Shown: piece after piece, positions 38,836 through 48,863 of the stretch
Numbering within the stretch: the stretch's first letter is position 1
Layout: each line of letters starts with the position of its first letter
Assembly: GCA_963829555.1 (NCBI GenBank)
Contig: CAWHJB010000003.1
Span: 53,957 to 117,956, forward strand
Length of the DNA stretch: 64,000 nucleotides
Direction: 5' to 3'
Source: an uncultured Chloroflexia bacterium
Lineage (GTDB): Bacteria; Chloroflexota; Anaerolineae; Anaerolineales; UBA4823
Program-made: the position numbers and the translations under genes
The notes under the pieces: generated by a model
Told to the model about the DNA's origin: nothing
Databases searched by the model: none
Seen by the model: the letters and a program-made list of their open reading frames with translations, nothing else

Positions 38836-40465
38836 TCAGGGAGCCAGTGAGCTGAAATAATCCCTGACCAGGGCCTGTAAGTGTTGCGGGATTTGGCCGC
38901 TTTCGATTGCCTGCCGAACGACGCTCTCGTAGGCCGGATACACCTCTGTATAGGGCCTCAGATTTTGGTTGGGCGTTCCCGGCGCCTGGCCTGCCTGGCC
39001 GATAACATTCCCTGGCTGGTTGCTGCCGGGTAATCCCACCTCCTGACCCGGCTCGCCAGTCAAACGCTCGGGAGCATAGATGCTCTCGTAAGAGCGCTCG
39101 CCTCCATCTCCGGGCTGGTTAGCGGTGTCAATCGGCAGGGTGCCGGCCTGCCCCCCGCTGGTTTCATTCCCCTGGCTTTCCCCTTGCCCGGCTCCGCTGC
39201 CGCCTGCATTCTGGCCGGCGCCGCCTCCGTTTCCTTGGCTTCCGTTTTGAGAGCCGGCTATCTGGCTCAGCGCCGCTGGATTGGGCGGGATTGCCGCCTG
39301 TTTGCGCCTGAGCGGAGGCGCCGGCCTGGGCCAGGTTTTGCTGGCTGGCATTCAACTGGGAGGCCGCCTGTCCGGCGGCTTCCGCCATAGCAAGGTCCCC
39401 TGCCTGGGAGCGAAGGGTTTGAGCTGCTCGGTCAAGGGATTGTCCGCTGGCCGCTGGATCTCCTGACTGTAAAGCCTCAGCCGCATTCTGGAGACCTTGG
39501 GATAGTTCTGGGTTACTGGCCGATAGGGTTTCCGCCGCGGACTGCAGGTTTTCTGCCAGATCGCGCTGTTGAGTTGCGCTCAGCATGGATGGATCGATGG
39601 CTTCAAGCGCCTGCGCAGCCTGGTCGTACTCGCCCCGGGCAAGGTTCTCGCCAAACGACTCCAGCGCGTTTCCGGCTTGCGAACCGAGAGCCTGTCCGGT
39701 TTGCCTCAATCCCGCGGCTTGTTCTTTTACCCCCTGTGGAGAAAGCGCTTGCAGGTCCTGCTCGGCTTGATTGAGGGCACTCAGGGCTTCCTCCAGGCTT
39801 TGGGCTGATTCCAGCCTGCGAGCTGCCTCATCAACCGGTTCTTCCAGAGCGTAGCGCTGCTCGGCGGTCAAATTTTCTAATTTCTGGATATTGGATTGGA
39901 GTTCTTCCAGCTCAGCAGCCTGGGCTTGAATTTGTTTCATCAAAGTTTGCTTTTGCATGGCTGCCAGGAAATAAGGCTGATCTCGAAGGGACAGTCCGGC
40001 TACGATTGCGATCAAGCCCAAGACCATACCCACCTCCCGCCAGGGGATCTTCCAGGGCAGGCCGTCCTTAACATCGACCTGGCGGGCATGTTCAAGCGCA
40101 TCCTGGCGCTGGTCCGCATACAGAGCGGATTCGGCTGCGGCGAAGCCGGCAAATTCGAAGGCGGTGCTGATCCGCTCTTGCAGACGAAAACGCTGGTCGA
40201 AGGACCGGATGGCTTCTGATCGATTGATTGGCCACAGGAAAGCGGCCAATCCGGCCACAATCAGAATTCCCAGGCTTAACCCGAATACGATCTGCAGGTA
40301 CTGTTCATACAGCAGTTCAGTCCTTGGAATTGCCCATAATGTGAATAGTATTCCGAGAATCTGCCCGAACAAAAGCCCGCGCAGGGACCAAAGCAGAGCG
40401 CGCTGCTTCCGGTAGCGGAGCTGCCAACGATCCAGGATGCGATTGAGTTCAACCAGTGCAGCCAA
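38836..40465 (-). pseudogene. Membrane-anchored Gln/Ala-rich coiled-coil protein, frame broken in its low-complexity region (or assembly indel)
   Basis: ORFs 39164-40465 and 38836-39351 overlap in different frames. The first ends in an implausible Arg/Lys run; the second starts implausibly and ends in a conserved-looking YTEVYPAYESVVRQAIESGQIP...YFSSL. Confidence 0.5.
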
Positions 40466-40476
40466 TTTAGGTTACC

Positions 40477-41433
40477 TTATTTTTCTGAACGCCGGACGAT
40501 CCTGGTGCTGATCAGCAACAAGATCAGGCTCAACAATAGATACAAAATAATATAGGGAATCCAGGGAGAGGGGAGCGGCAGGGTAAAACCGTTGCTGAGC
40601 GGAAGAATATACACAAAGGCGCTCTGTTCTTCCAGCAGGATCACTTCTGTAGCGATTGCAGTTGCCATTGGGTTGCTGGCGATTACAACCCAACCAAGGA
40701 CCACCAGCATAGCCTGCTGAAACGTGCTGAAATTGGGCCCATTAACGCCCGTAAATACGGCGCTTCCCAGGCTAAGCACCACAATGATGATCATTGGCAG
40801 TCCAAAAACCAGCAGAATCGCAAATCCGTAAGCCAACACCGTGGAGACCAAAGTACGGGATACAAGGCTGGAAAAGAATATGCCCACTGCACAAAAAGTA
40901 ATGGCAGTTACGACCAAAACGATGCTGGCAATCACAAACTCTTCGAGGGCGACACCACCAAATAAAAATGCCAGGCTTTGGAGTGGCAGGGCGCAAATCA
41001 GGAGCAGGAGCAGGAACAGCAGACCTGAAAGAAATTTCCCCATGACCAGGGCCCCTGGGGATAAGAGCGTTGTCCGCAAGATGTCATACGTCTGGTGTTC
41101 GCGTTCCGTCGAGATGCCGCCCGCGGTCAAAGCCGGCGCCATAAAACAAACCGATAGCAGTTCGAGCCATACCACCCCCCCAAAGAGAATTTTTCCAAAC
41201 ATTTGGCGTTCGTCCACACTGTTTATCGGTGAACTGGATGAAAGAAAGATCCCATAGATCACGCTTACGGCTGCACTGATGATCAATACATAGCCAGTCA
41301 AGGTGATGAATGCCCTGCGCCCGCGCATCCGGCTGCGGAGTTCTTTTATAACCAGTGGATTGCTGCCAAGCAACCGTTTGAATCGTTCAACCGTATGCCT
41401 GGTGGTTCTGGTTTCCTGGGTCACTTCGCTCAT
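40477..41433 (-). CDS. ABC transporter permease (ABC-2/NosY-like)
   Basis: 318 aa with six hydrophobic helices. ATGA overlap with the upstream ATPase gene. Confidence 0.7.
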   Translation of the reverse strand: MSEVTQETRTTRHTVERFKRLLGSNPLVIKELRSRMRGRRAFITLTGYVLIISAAVSVIYGIFLSSSSPINSVDERQMFGKILFGGVVWLELLSVCFMAPALTAGGISTEREHQTYDILRTTLLSPGALVMGKFLSGLLFLLLLLICALPLQSLAFLFGGVALEEFVIASIVLVVTAITFCAVGIFFSSLVSRTLVSTVLAYGFAILLVFGLPMIIIVVLSLGSAVFTGVNGPNFSTFQQAMLVVLGWVVIASNPMATAIATEVILLEEQSAFVYILPLSNGFTLPLPSPWIPYIILYLLLSLILLLISTRIVRRSEK

Positions 41434-42404
41434 GTCACCAGTCCTTTGGTTGCCCGCATAAAAACTTCTTCCAGGTCGCGGCTGTCTGCGCTGAAACTGA
41501 CGACCGGGATCCGGGCCTCCACTAAAGCAACCAGCACCGCGCTCATGGCCTGATCGTCTCCCGAAAATTCGACGACCAGCCGCTGCCTGGAGCGGAGAAG
41601 CGCTGAGCGGGTGCCATTCGATCCGTTAGCAATCTCGACGCTGGCAACCCCGGGTAAGCGATTCAATATTTGGCGAGCCTCATCGAACCGGTCTAACAGG
41701 GTGATTTCGATCTTACGGCGGGGCATCAGTTGCTGTTGTAGCTCCTCCAGTTCTCCCACTGCTACCAGTTCGCCCGCCTCGAGGATCGCAACCCGGCTGC
41801 AGATCTCGGCTACATCTGCCAGGATATGGGTTGAGAAAAAGATCGTTTTGCCCATCCTGGCCAGTTCAACCAGCAATTCCCGGATCTCGACTCGGGCACG
41901 CGGATCCAGCCCGGAGGCAGGTTCATCCAGGATCAACAACTGGGGGTCATGGACCAGAGTGCGGGCCAAACTCAAGCGTTGTTTCATGCCGCGCGACAGC
42001 TGATCGACCATATCTTCTTGACGATGACTCAATTCAACAAGTTCCAGTAGGTCGGCGATGATACTGGAACGATCGTCAGGAGCAATCTGGTAACAGGCCC
42101 CAAAGAAATCCAGATACTCCCCAACGGTCATATCCTTATAAACGCCAAAGAAATCCGGCATATAACCAATTGCTCGCCGGATGGCATCCGGGGCTGTCAG
42201 AACAGATTGCCCGGCAATCCTTACATCGCCGTTGGTTGGTTGGAGTAACCCGGTCATCATGCGGATGGTGCTGGTTTTTCCAGCTCCATTCGGACCAACG
42301 AAACCAAAAAGCTCACCTTCGTCGATCTGCAGATTGAGCCGGTTGACAGCCAGACGAGCGCCGTAACGTTTGCTGAGGTTCGAAATTTCGATCATGAAAG
42401 CCAT
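41430..42404 (-). CDS. ABC transporter ATP-binding protein
   Basis: Walker A GPNGAGKTS, signature LSRGMKQRL, Walker B LLILDEPASGLD. Confidence 0.9.
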   Translation of the reverse strand: MAFMIEISNLSKRYGARLAVNRLNLQIDEGELFGFVGPNGAGKTSTIRMMTGLLQPTNGDVRIAGQSVLTAPDAIRRAIGYMPDFFGVYKDMTVGEYLDFFGACYQIAPDDRSSIIADLLELVELSHRQEDMVDQLSRGMKQRLSLARTLVHDPQLLILDEPASGLDPRARVEIRELLVELARMGKTIFFSTHILADVAEICSRVAILEAGELVAVGELEELQQQLMPRRKIEITLLDRFDEARQILNRLPGVASVEIANGSNGTRSALLRSRQRLVVEFSGDDQAMSAVLVALVEARIPVVSFSADSRDLEEVFMRATKGLVT

Positions 42405-42413
42405 CGGTTCACC

Positions 42414-44840
42414 TCAAGGCTCAACTTCAAGGGTGAAATCGGCGCGCTCGATCGGTACGTAGGCACTGCTGCCAGCCTGTTCCAGGCGCAAGCGGATCTC
42501 CCCATCTGGGCCGACAAAGTGCTCGGGATTGGAAATGGTTGTATCACCCCAAGTGACCCCTGACAGGAGCGACCAGGCAGCCTGATCGAAATCCCACAGG
42601 TATTGGTTGAATCCGGTTGGACCTTGCCGGTCATAACTCTTCAAGTGCAAGATCAGCCGGTTGACCTTGGAATACCGGATCGGTTGATTGAGCCTGTATT
42701 GGATGCTGAAATCGCCGCCTTCCAGGTAGCTGTCATAGGGAGCCGGGTTAAATACGCCGCTGCCAGCTTCCAATACACTCCAGGTGAACAGGCCGGGCAT
42801 CAGGGCAATTGGGCCGTCTTCCTGAGCGATTGAGGGCTGCAAGGCGATGAGATACAGGGTCGAGTCGCTGCTACGATATGCCTGATCGTCGAATTGGACC
42901 GTGATCGGACTGCCGTCACTCCAACCGGCCAGATAAACACCGCCGCCAATGCCACGAGGAGCTGAATAGCCGCCAAAGGCATTCAGCAGGCTGTAGCGCC
43001 GGTAAGTTGCCTGGTCGCGATAATAATCGCCAGGGCCGAGGATGTCTGTGATGAAGTTACTGTTGCCGGTGTAAGGTGGATAAAAGGCTGCACCGGGCGG
43101 GGTGTTGAGTGCGGGCGCGGCGGGCTGGTAGCTGGCCCGATCACCCTCGGACAGGTTTATCTCAAATTGCTGGTTCTCGCCCGGCTTGAAATCCCCGATC
43201 TGCCAGGCGTCGCCGGGAGAAAGCAAGACCGCATCCTTCAAGCTCAGGCCCGACTGATTGGAGATTTCGCCTTTTAAAGAGATGTCTTGTTTGCCTAAGT
43301 GGATTGTCAGCTCGCCGCTGATTGCAGGGGAAGGAATCTGCCCTTCCAAGCCCATGGCATTCATGCCGGCTACATCGACGCGGAGTTCGGGTATGCGAGT
43401 ATTTTCGGCCGCGGTCGTTTCGAAGGTCCAGCCGCCGGAAGGAGCCATATTGAGATTGTTGGGGATGGGGTGGGACAAGAAATGCCCGTCTATTTCCAGA
43501 TCGTACGTGTCCCGGTTGGGTGAAAAGATGCCTAACAGGCCGACAGCTTGCGCGTAGCGGGCATCTGGCCAGGTCTGCACCACCGCCAGCCGGCTGATGA
43601 CCGGCTCCTTACCCCGGCCGCGGCTGCCAACCAGAAATGCCAGCAGACTGAAGGCCAATACCAGCACCGGTATGCTGATCCAGGCCAGTTCCTTACGTTT
43701 CATTCGGCGTAATACCAGGTAATTGATCGGGCCGAGGGCAATCACGTACATAACCAGATAACCGCACAGCAGGTTGAAAGGCGGCAAGGTCAGATCGGGC
43801 AGGGTGGAAACGGCATTGACTGCCGCATCCCAATTCTGGAAACCATCCGCCCAAGGTGGTGAGACGGTTCCGGTATTGACGATCTGTTCGTATAGATAAA
43901 GCAAGCCGTCCCAACTTTTCAGGGGTTCGAGGCCGGGATCAGCACCCAGGTAATAAATCGCTCCGCCACCTTGAGCCATCCGGGTCAGGATGGGGATTCC
44001 ATCCTGATCGATTATGGTTTCAGCTTGAGGATCGAGATCCCCGATGGACAGCACAGCCTCGCCGGGCAGTCCCAGCAAAGCGGATACGGTTGTCGTGCGG
44101 TTTGGATGAAGAGGCAGCAAAGGATCGAGCCCGGCGGCGGCCGGCTGCCAGTTCGACCCACCGGTTACGATCAGAACACCGCCGCCAGCAATCCAACCAT
44201 GCAGAGCTTCGATTTGATGCGAAGTCAAAGATCCGGTGTCCAGATCTGAAACAACGAGATAATCCAGCGCTTGCCAGGCCGGGCTGCGATCAGGTAAATC
44301 ACCGGCTTCAAGCCGGGCCACCGAAGCACGTCCGTTGGCAGGGTCCAGATCTGCCAGCCCATTAAAGCTGGATGGGTTGCTTGCCAGGACACCGAATAAA
44401 CGATCATTGGTGGAGATGCAGTTGACCGGTGCGTTCGCCCGGGTGATCTCCCGTTGACCGGCGAGAAGGTAAACTTCTACTTCTGTTAAATAGGATTCCG
44501 GCCGGTAATCGAGAGTCACTTGTTTATGCGAGTTGGACGGCAAATTGATCGCTTGTCTGTACGTGGAGGCCGGACCGTTGAGACCAGCGCTCCGTAACTG
44601 GATAACCGCATCCAGACCGGCGCCTTGATTCTCGATCAATACCTTGACTGGAATCCAGGCGCCATCCTTGCACAAACCATCAAAACCGGCCTGAACTTCC
44701 ATCTGTACTCCACTGTCAGCCTGGGCCAGGACGGTCTGGCGCCCAGTTGCCCAAAAGCTCTGAAACAAGAGCAGGATTGTGAGGAGATTCGCCAGGAGGA
44801 GAACAAAAAAAGCCGGCTTTTTCCGGTTAGTTGCATTCAT
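42414..44840 (-). CDS. 808-aa signal-anchored extracytoplasmic protein with an internal TM pair (GldG-like / amidotransferase-like module), first gene of the cluster
   Basis: N-terminal anchor KKPAFFVLLLANLLTILLLF. Module LDYLVVSDLD...WIAGGGVLIVTGG. Internal hydrophobic segments around LLCGYLVMYVIALGPINYLVL and WISIPVLVLAFSLLAFLV. Confidence 0.55.
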   Translation of the reverse strand: MNATNRKKPAFFVLLLANLLTILLLFQSFWATGRQTVLAQADSGVQMEVQAGFDGLCKDGAWIPVKVLIENQGAGLDAVIQLRSAGLNGPASTYRQAINLPSNSHKQVTLDYRPESYLTEVEVYLLAGQREITRANAPVNCISTNDRLFGVLASNPSSFNGLADLDPANGRASVARLEAGDLPDRSPAWQALDYLVVSDLDTGSLTSHQIEALHGWIAGGGVLIVTGGSNWQPAAAGLDPLLPLHPNRTTTVSALLGLPGEAVLSIGDLDPQAETIIDQDGIPILTRMAQGGGAIYYLGADPGLEPLKSWDGLLYLYEQIVNTGTVSPPWADGFQNWDAAVNAVSTLPDLTLPPFNLLCGYLVMYVIALGPINYLVLRRMKRKELAWISIPVLVLAFSLLAFLVGSRGRGKEPVISRLAVVQTWPDARYAQAVGLLGIFSPNRDTYDLEIDGHFLSHPIPNNLNMAPSGGWTFETTAAENTRIPELRVDVAGMNAMGLEGQIPSPAISGELTIHLGKQDISLKGEISNQSGLSLKDAVLLSPGDAWQIGDFKPGENQQFEINLSEGDRASYQPAAPALNTPPGAAFYPPYTGNSNFITDILGPGDYYRDQATYRRYSLLNAFGGYSAPRGIGGGVYLAGWSDGSPITVQFDDQAYRSSDSTLYLIALQPSIAQEDGPIALMPGLFTWSVLEAGSGVFNPAPYDSYLEGGDFSIQYRLNQPIRYSKVNRLILHLKSYDRQGPTGFNQYLWDFDQAAWSLLSGVTWGDTTISNPEHFVGPDGEIRLRLEQAGSSAYVPIERADFTLEVEP

Positions 44841-44999
44841 AAAGTTGTACTTGCTGGCCCGTTATCAGGATACATACGATCTTTATACTACATCTGGTTC
44901 GTTTTCGGCAAGCACTCGGGTGTCGCCATTGCATCCCATCGGTTCGGGAATAAAAGGCAAAATAAGACATCAGCGTGGGGTGCATTCGAATTGTGTAGA

Positions 45000-45047
45000 T
45001 GTGGTGTTCTGTTTGGGCGGCGACCGCCGCCCAAACAGAACACCACA
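45000..45047. repeat. Best-preserved copy of the palindromic repeat family (22-bp stem)
   Basis: tgtggtgttctgtttgggcggc gacc gccgcccaaacagaacaccaca. It explains the mirror-image track ORFs that both start MWCSVWAA. Confidence 0.9.
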
Positions 45048-45128
45048 ATTCATTTTCGAAAACATTCGAGTACTCCCTCAGCGTGGCATTCGCCCACGCG
45101 GAGGCCTTATTTTGCTATAATCTAAACT

Positions 45129-46004
45129 ATGCCAAATCATACCCAGCCACCTCTGATCGTAGGTTTTGTGGCCGATTTGATGTTCAGCGTAAAAATCGAA
45201 TCGGTCGCCGAACGCTTAAATTATTCAATCCGCTGGATTGAAAGTGCGGAACAGCTTGCGCCTGGCGAGTTTGTCTCACCCGGGAACCCCGCAGAACACC
45301 TGTCTGGGTCCGGTATGGCACTGGTAGACCAATTAACCCGTTGGCACCCGGCTTTGATACTGATTGATCTCGGCAATCAGGCTGTTCCCTGGCGAGATTG
45401 GTTGCCAATGTTAAAGACAGTTCCGGCAACCCGGCGCATTCCGGTGATCTGTTTTGGTTCTCATGTTGATGTGGATACACTGAAGTATGCCCGCAGTTGT
45501 GGGGCCGAAGCGGTTTTGGCCCGTTCCCGGTTCGTCAAAGATTTGCCCGATTTGATTCTACGCTATGCCCGCGTACCTGACTATCCTGCAATAGCAGCTG
45601 CTTGCGCCCAACCTTTATCACGTCTGGCTTTGCGGGGTCTGGAAGATTTCAACCGTGGCAGCTATTTTGAAGCGCACGAGTTCTTGGAGGAAGCCTGGAA
45701 CGAAGATCAATCCGCGGGGCGAGATCTCTATCGAGCCATATTGCAGGTAGCTGTCGCCTATTTACAAATCGAGCGTGGCAATTTCAAAGGCGCTGTAAAA
45801 ATATTTTTTCGGATGCGCCAGTGGATCGATCCTCTGCCCGATGAATGTCGGGGCATCGATATTGCTCGTTTGAAGGCCGATGCCGAGCAGGTCCGGCAGG
45901 CGTTAATAGCTCTCGGGCCGGATAAGATCCAGGACTTCGACCCCAACCTGTTCAAACCGGTAGTCTATGAGGTGAAAGATGATCTCGATCGCACTGGCGT
46001 ATGA
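45129..46004 (+). CDS. Receiver-like N-domain fused to DUF309
   Basis: The C-terminal GLEDFNRGSYFEAHEFLEEAW...YRAILQVAVAYLQIERGN is the DUF309 pattern. The N-part has a CheY-like beta-alpha rhythm (LILIDLGN). Confidence 0.65.
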   Translation: MPNHTQPPLIVGFVADLMFSVKIESVAERLNYSIRWIESAEQLAPGEFVSPGNPAEHLSGSGMALVDQLTRWHPALILIDLGNQAVPWRDWLPMLKTVPATRRIPVICFGSHVDVDTLKYARSCGAEAVLARSRFVKDLPDLILRYARVPDYPAIAAACAQPLSRLALRGLEDFNRGSYFEAHEFLEEAWNEDQSAGRDLYRAILQVAVAYLQIERGNFKGAVKIFFRMRQWIDPLPDECRGIDIARLKADAEQVRQALIALGPDKIQDFDPNLFKPVVYEVKDDLDRTGV

Positions 46005-46407
46005 GTTGAAAGCAGCCGGCCTGGACTGGCAGCCGGCGCTGCATGATTTCTTTGCCCTTCCCGACCGCTTGATGGACGACAAGGTGTTTGTGATCAGCGA
46101 TTTGTTAGTCAATATTGAGCAGTTGCAAGACACCCAGATTGTCAGCTTCCAAGGCGCTCCAGAATGGGCGCTCGATTACCTGGTTACCTCCGATGTCGTC
46201 TGGATCCCGACCGAAACGCAGTTGCGTCAACGGCTTGAATCCGCCTTGTTGGGAAGCGGCGGGTTGGCGTTGGCATTGACGACAACCATCGCCGGTGTGC
46301 GCCTGGATTTTAATTATCAGGCTCAGAAATTGAGTTTTGAGGCGCGAGATGCCCAGGATGCTTATGCTCGGGCCTTGCTTTTCCTCTTACGGAATGACCG
46401 CGATTAG
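45979..46407 (+). CDS. Hypothetical protein (142 aa)
   Basis: ATG 45979 follows GGTGA. The ORF overlaps the preceding gene by 26 nt. No recognisable motif. Confidence 0.45.
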   Translation: MISIALAYELKAAGLDWQPALHDFFALPDRLMDDKVFVISDLLVNIEQLQDTQIVSFQGAPEWALDYLVTSDVVWIPTETQLRQRLESALLGSGGLALALTTTIAGVRLDFNYQAQKLSFEARDAQDAYARALLFLLRNDRD

Positions 46408-46511
46408 CTTCTTTGTGTAACTCTGTGGGATACCACTCCACAAACACCCAAAGACAAGCTTTTTCGCCATTCAGTCCCGCCAGCAGCAGATATAAAATTG
46501 GCTGGAACCAC

Positions 46512-48830
46512 TTACTGGCCCATGTCATCAACCAGGCTGATGATCAGCTGGGTTTGATCTTTTGCTTGGATGGACAGGCGCGCCAGGGGAAATGGCAGCC
46601 AATGACCGGCTGAGTGGTCCTGGTTTGGATCCTCCGGCTCGCCAATCGAGTCGATCGAGGCGAGGATACTGTCTAACTGGATTGGAATTGTGCCTTCGAT
46701 GGCGACCGCGGGCCCGTTCTTCTGGCCCCACTGCCAGCCGTCCGGGCTGGGTTCGGCGGTATATTGCTGGCTCCAATCAGGGGTGAAACGCAGCCAGGGA
46801 TCAAAAGCCAGGGGGATCTCGTAGTGAGTCGGCTGGGCCAGTTGCAAGGTTATGGTTAATTTCCCCTGGTCGATCCAGTAGGTTTTGTGTATATCGCCTG
46901 TCTGTGTGGAGAAAACCAGACCATTCGCAGTTTCAAGCAGGCTGTAATCGCCGTCCGAGCGATCCGGGGAGAGCGGATCTTGAAAAGCGGCCAGATCTGC
47001 ACCGGGATCACTGGCGAACCCGGCGCCGATATCCCAGGTTTCCGGTTCGTCCAGTCCGGTGATGAACTGGTAATCCGGACCGATCAGTTGATGGGGACCG
47101 TCATTACCGATCGCGAAGGCGAAAGTCAGGCTTCCATTTTCAGGCTGGATCACGGCCAGCAATTCTTTTGTAGCCAACAGGCATTCAGGCTGCCCATCCA
47201 AATCGATATCCTGCTTACAATCCTGAATGGAAACCGGCGCATCAGCCCAGCGGGCCGCGAGCAAGAACACCTCGACGATACCCTGGTATGCCTCCCGGAG
47301 CTCAGGCAAGCTGGCGGGATGCGGGAATACCGGGGCAAACAGGCTGGCAAATGCCTGCCAGGCAGCCTGCCCCAAACGATTGGTCGGTGCAGCCCCGAGA
47401 TCCTGGATAAGGTCCGGCGAGTTATTTGGCAGCCGGGCCAGGTTGGACGCGGCTGGCGTAGCAGGGATAGGCAGCTCCAGCAGATCAAGGCCATCCAGCA
47501 GTTGGATCCATGGGTGGTTATCCAGATAGCTGAAAGTCGCCCGGGCAATTTCGGGGTTACCCCAGGCGCTGGCGGGTAAATCGCCCCCCAGGACCAGCAA
47601 GCCAGTCCCAGGCCGGTTTGTATTTTCGATTGCCGCTCCAATCAGCTGCCGGCGCATGGCCAGGTCGGGGCCAGTAATCGTGGGCGCGGCTGGCGGTAGT
47701 GCTGGTGGTAGTTCGAGCACCACTTGCTGTTGCCAGCGAGCTCTTCGAGTTGTGGTTATTTCGGGGTTGAAGGTGAAGATAAACTGGCTGGTTGGGTCGG
47801 GTGCAGAGACCAGCCCGGAGGGCGAATAGCGAAACGGGCTGTTTGCAAAGCCGAATTCCGCAGCGACAGCTCGGTTATGGGTTCGAAGCGGGGCCAGGTC
47901 CCAACCCTCAAGCTGTAGCCAGTTTGAGCCGGCCTCGTTCTGTTCCGGGATGAAACCGGGTTGGACTTCAGGCAGGATGAGTTCGCCCTGGCCAGCCATT
48001 TCCAATACCATTGAGAGTCCATCAACATAATCCAGCGCTGACAAAGAAGCCGGCGTTTTGAGATCTAATAAGGCCAGGGGGATCTGCCGGGCGCGGGCAG
48101 TCCGCAGCAGATTGAAGAGACCATGCCTGCCTCCCAATGGCCCGGTGTGGGCGCCGTCCCACCGGCGCAATCCCAGGGCAGGGGAATAGGCCGGTAAAGC
48201 ATCCCAAAAAGCCATCAGGACCGGTGCAGGCTCGGGTGGCCACCCATCTGTTTGAAAGACTCCCAATTCATCGCCAATTGTTGTCGATCCGGCCGGCGTG
48301 GAAACTGCCTGGATTTGAACTGGCTGCTCTTCACCGGTCAAATTCGCGACACTCAGGCTGATGGTGACGGTATCCTGGACAGGATCCCGGATGACGCGCA
48401 GCTCACTGCCGCTGAGTGGATGCAAATCCGGACCCAGTACCTGGATCTCGCCATTTACAGGCAGGATCACCAGAATATCCCAGGCGAGTGTTACCGGTAC
48501 ATGCCAGGGAAGTTCGCGCGCGCCGCCCGGCATGCTGTCCAAAAGCAAGTAAAGGTCTGTAGCGGGAAGTTCATTCAGCTCCAGAAAATCCAGCCGGATC
48601 TGCAATTCATTCCCAGACATCCTGGTATAGCCTGCCAGAAAGTCCTGCTCAGGCATAAGCGCGTCGGCTTCATCCAAAATCTTCAGGTCGGTGTAAACCC
48701 ATTTGGGTTCGGCCAGTTGGATTTGGGAGGATGATTGGCAGCTGCTCAACATATTACTGAGGAGAATAACTACCAACCCGAACCGGATAACCGTAGGGAT
48801 TTTTAACTGGGGAGTTCGTTTGGGATTCAA
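46512..48830 (-). CDS. 772-aa lipoprotein, function unknown
   Basis: Signal with lipobox MLSSC. Long uninterrupted ORF. Confidence 0.6.
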   Translation of the reverse strand: MNPKRTPQLKIPTVIRFGLVVILLSNMLSSCQSSSQIQLAEPKWVYTDLKILDEADALMPEQDFLAGYTRMSGNELQIRLDFLELNELPATDLYLLLDSMPGGARELPWHVPVTLAWDILVILPVNGEIQVLGPDLHPLSGSELRVIRDPVQDTVTISLSVANLTGEEQPVQIQAVSTPAGSTTIGDELGVFQTDGWPPEPAPVLMAFWDALPAYSPALGLRRWDGAHTGPLGGRHGLFNLLRTARARQIPLALLDLKTPASLSALDYVDGLSMVLEMAGQGELILPEVQPGFIPEQNEAGSNWLQLEGWDLAPLRTHNRAVAAEFGFANSPFRYSPSGLVSAPDPTSQFIFTFNPEITTTRRARWQQQVVLELPPALPPAAPTITGPDLAMRRQLIGAAIENTNRPGTGLLVLGGDLPASAWGNPEIARATFSYLDNHPWIQLLDGLDLLELPIPATPAASNLARLPNNSPDLIQDLGAAPTNRLGQAAWQAFASLFAPVFPHPASLPELREAYQGIVEVFLLAARWADAPVSIQDCKQDIDLDGQPECLLATKELLAVIQPENGSLTFAFAIGNDGPHQLIGPDYQFITGLDEPETWDIGAGFASDPGADLAAFQDPLSPDRSDGDYSLLETANGLVFSTQTGDIHKTYWIDQGKLTITLQLAQPTHYEIPLAFDPWLRFTPDWSQQYTAEPSPDGWQWGQKNGPAVAIEGTIPIQLDSILASIDSIGEPEDPNQDHSAGHWLPFPLARLSIQAKDQTQLIISLVDDMGQ

Positions 48831-48863
48831 GTGCGTATCCGCAGTAGCTTCCAGCGTGATCAG

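Noticed and set aside
44827-45241. Two track ORFs that both begin MWCSVWAA (44827-45048 minus, 44999-45241 plus).
   Set aside because: They are mirror images created by translating the two strands of the 48-nt palindrome at 45000-45047. They are not genes.
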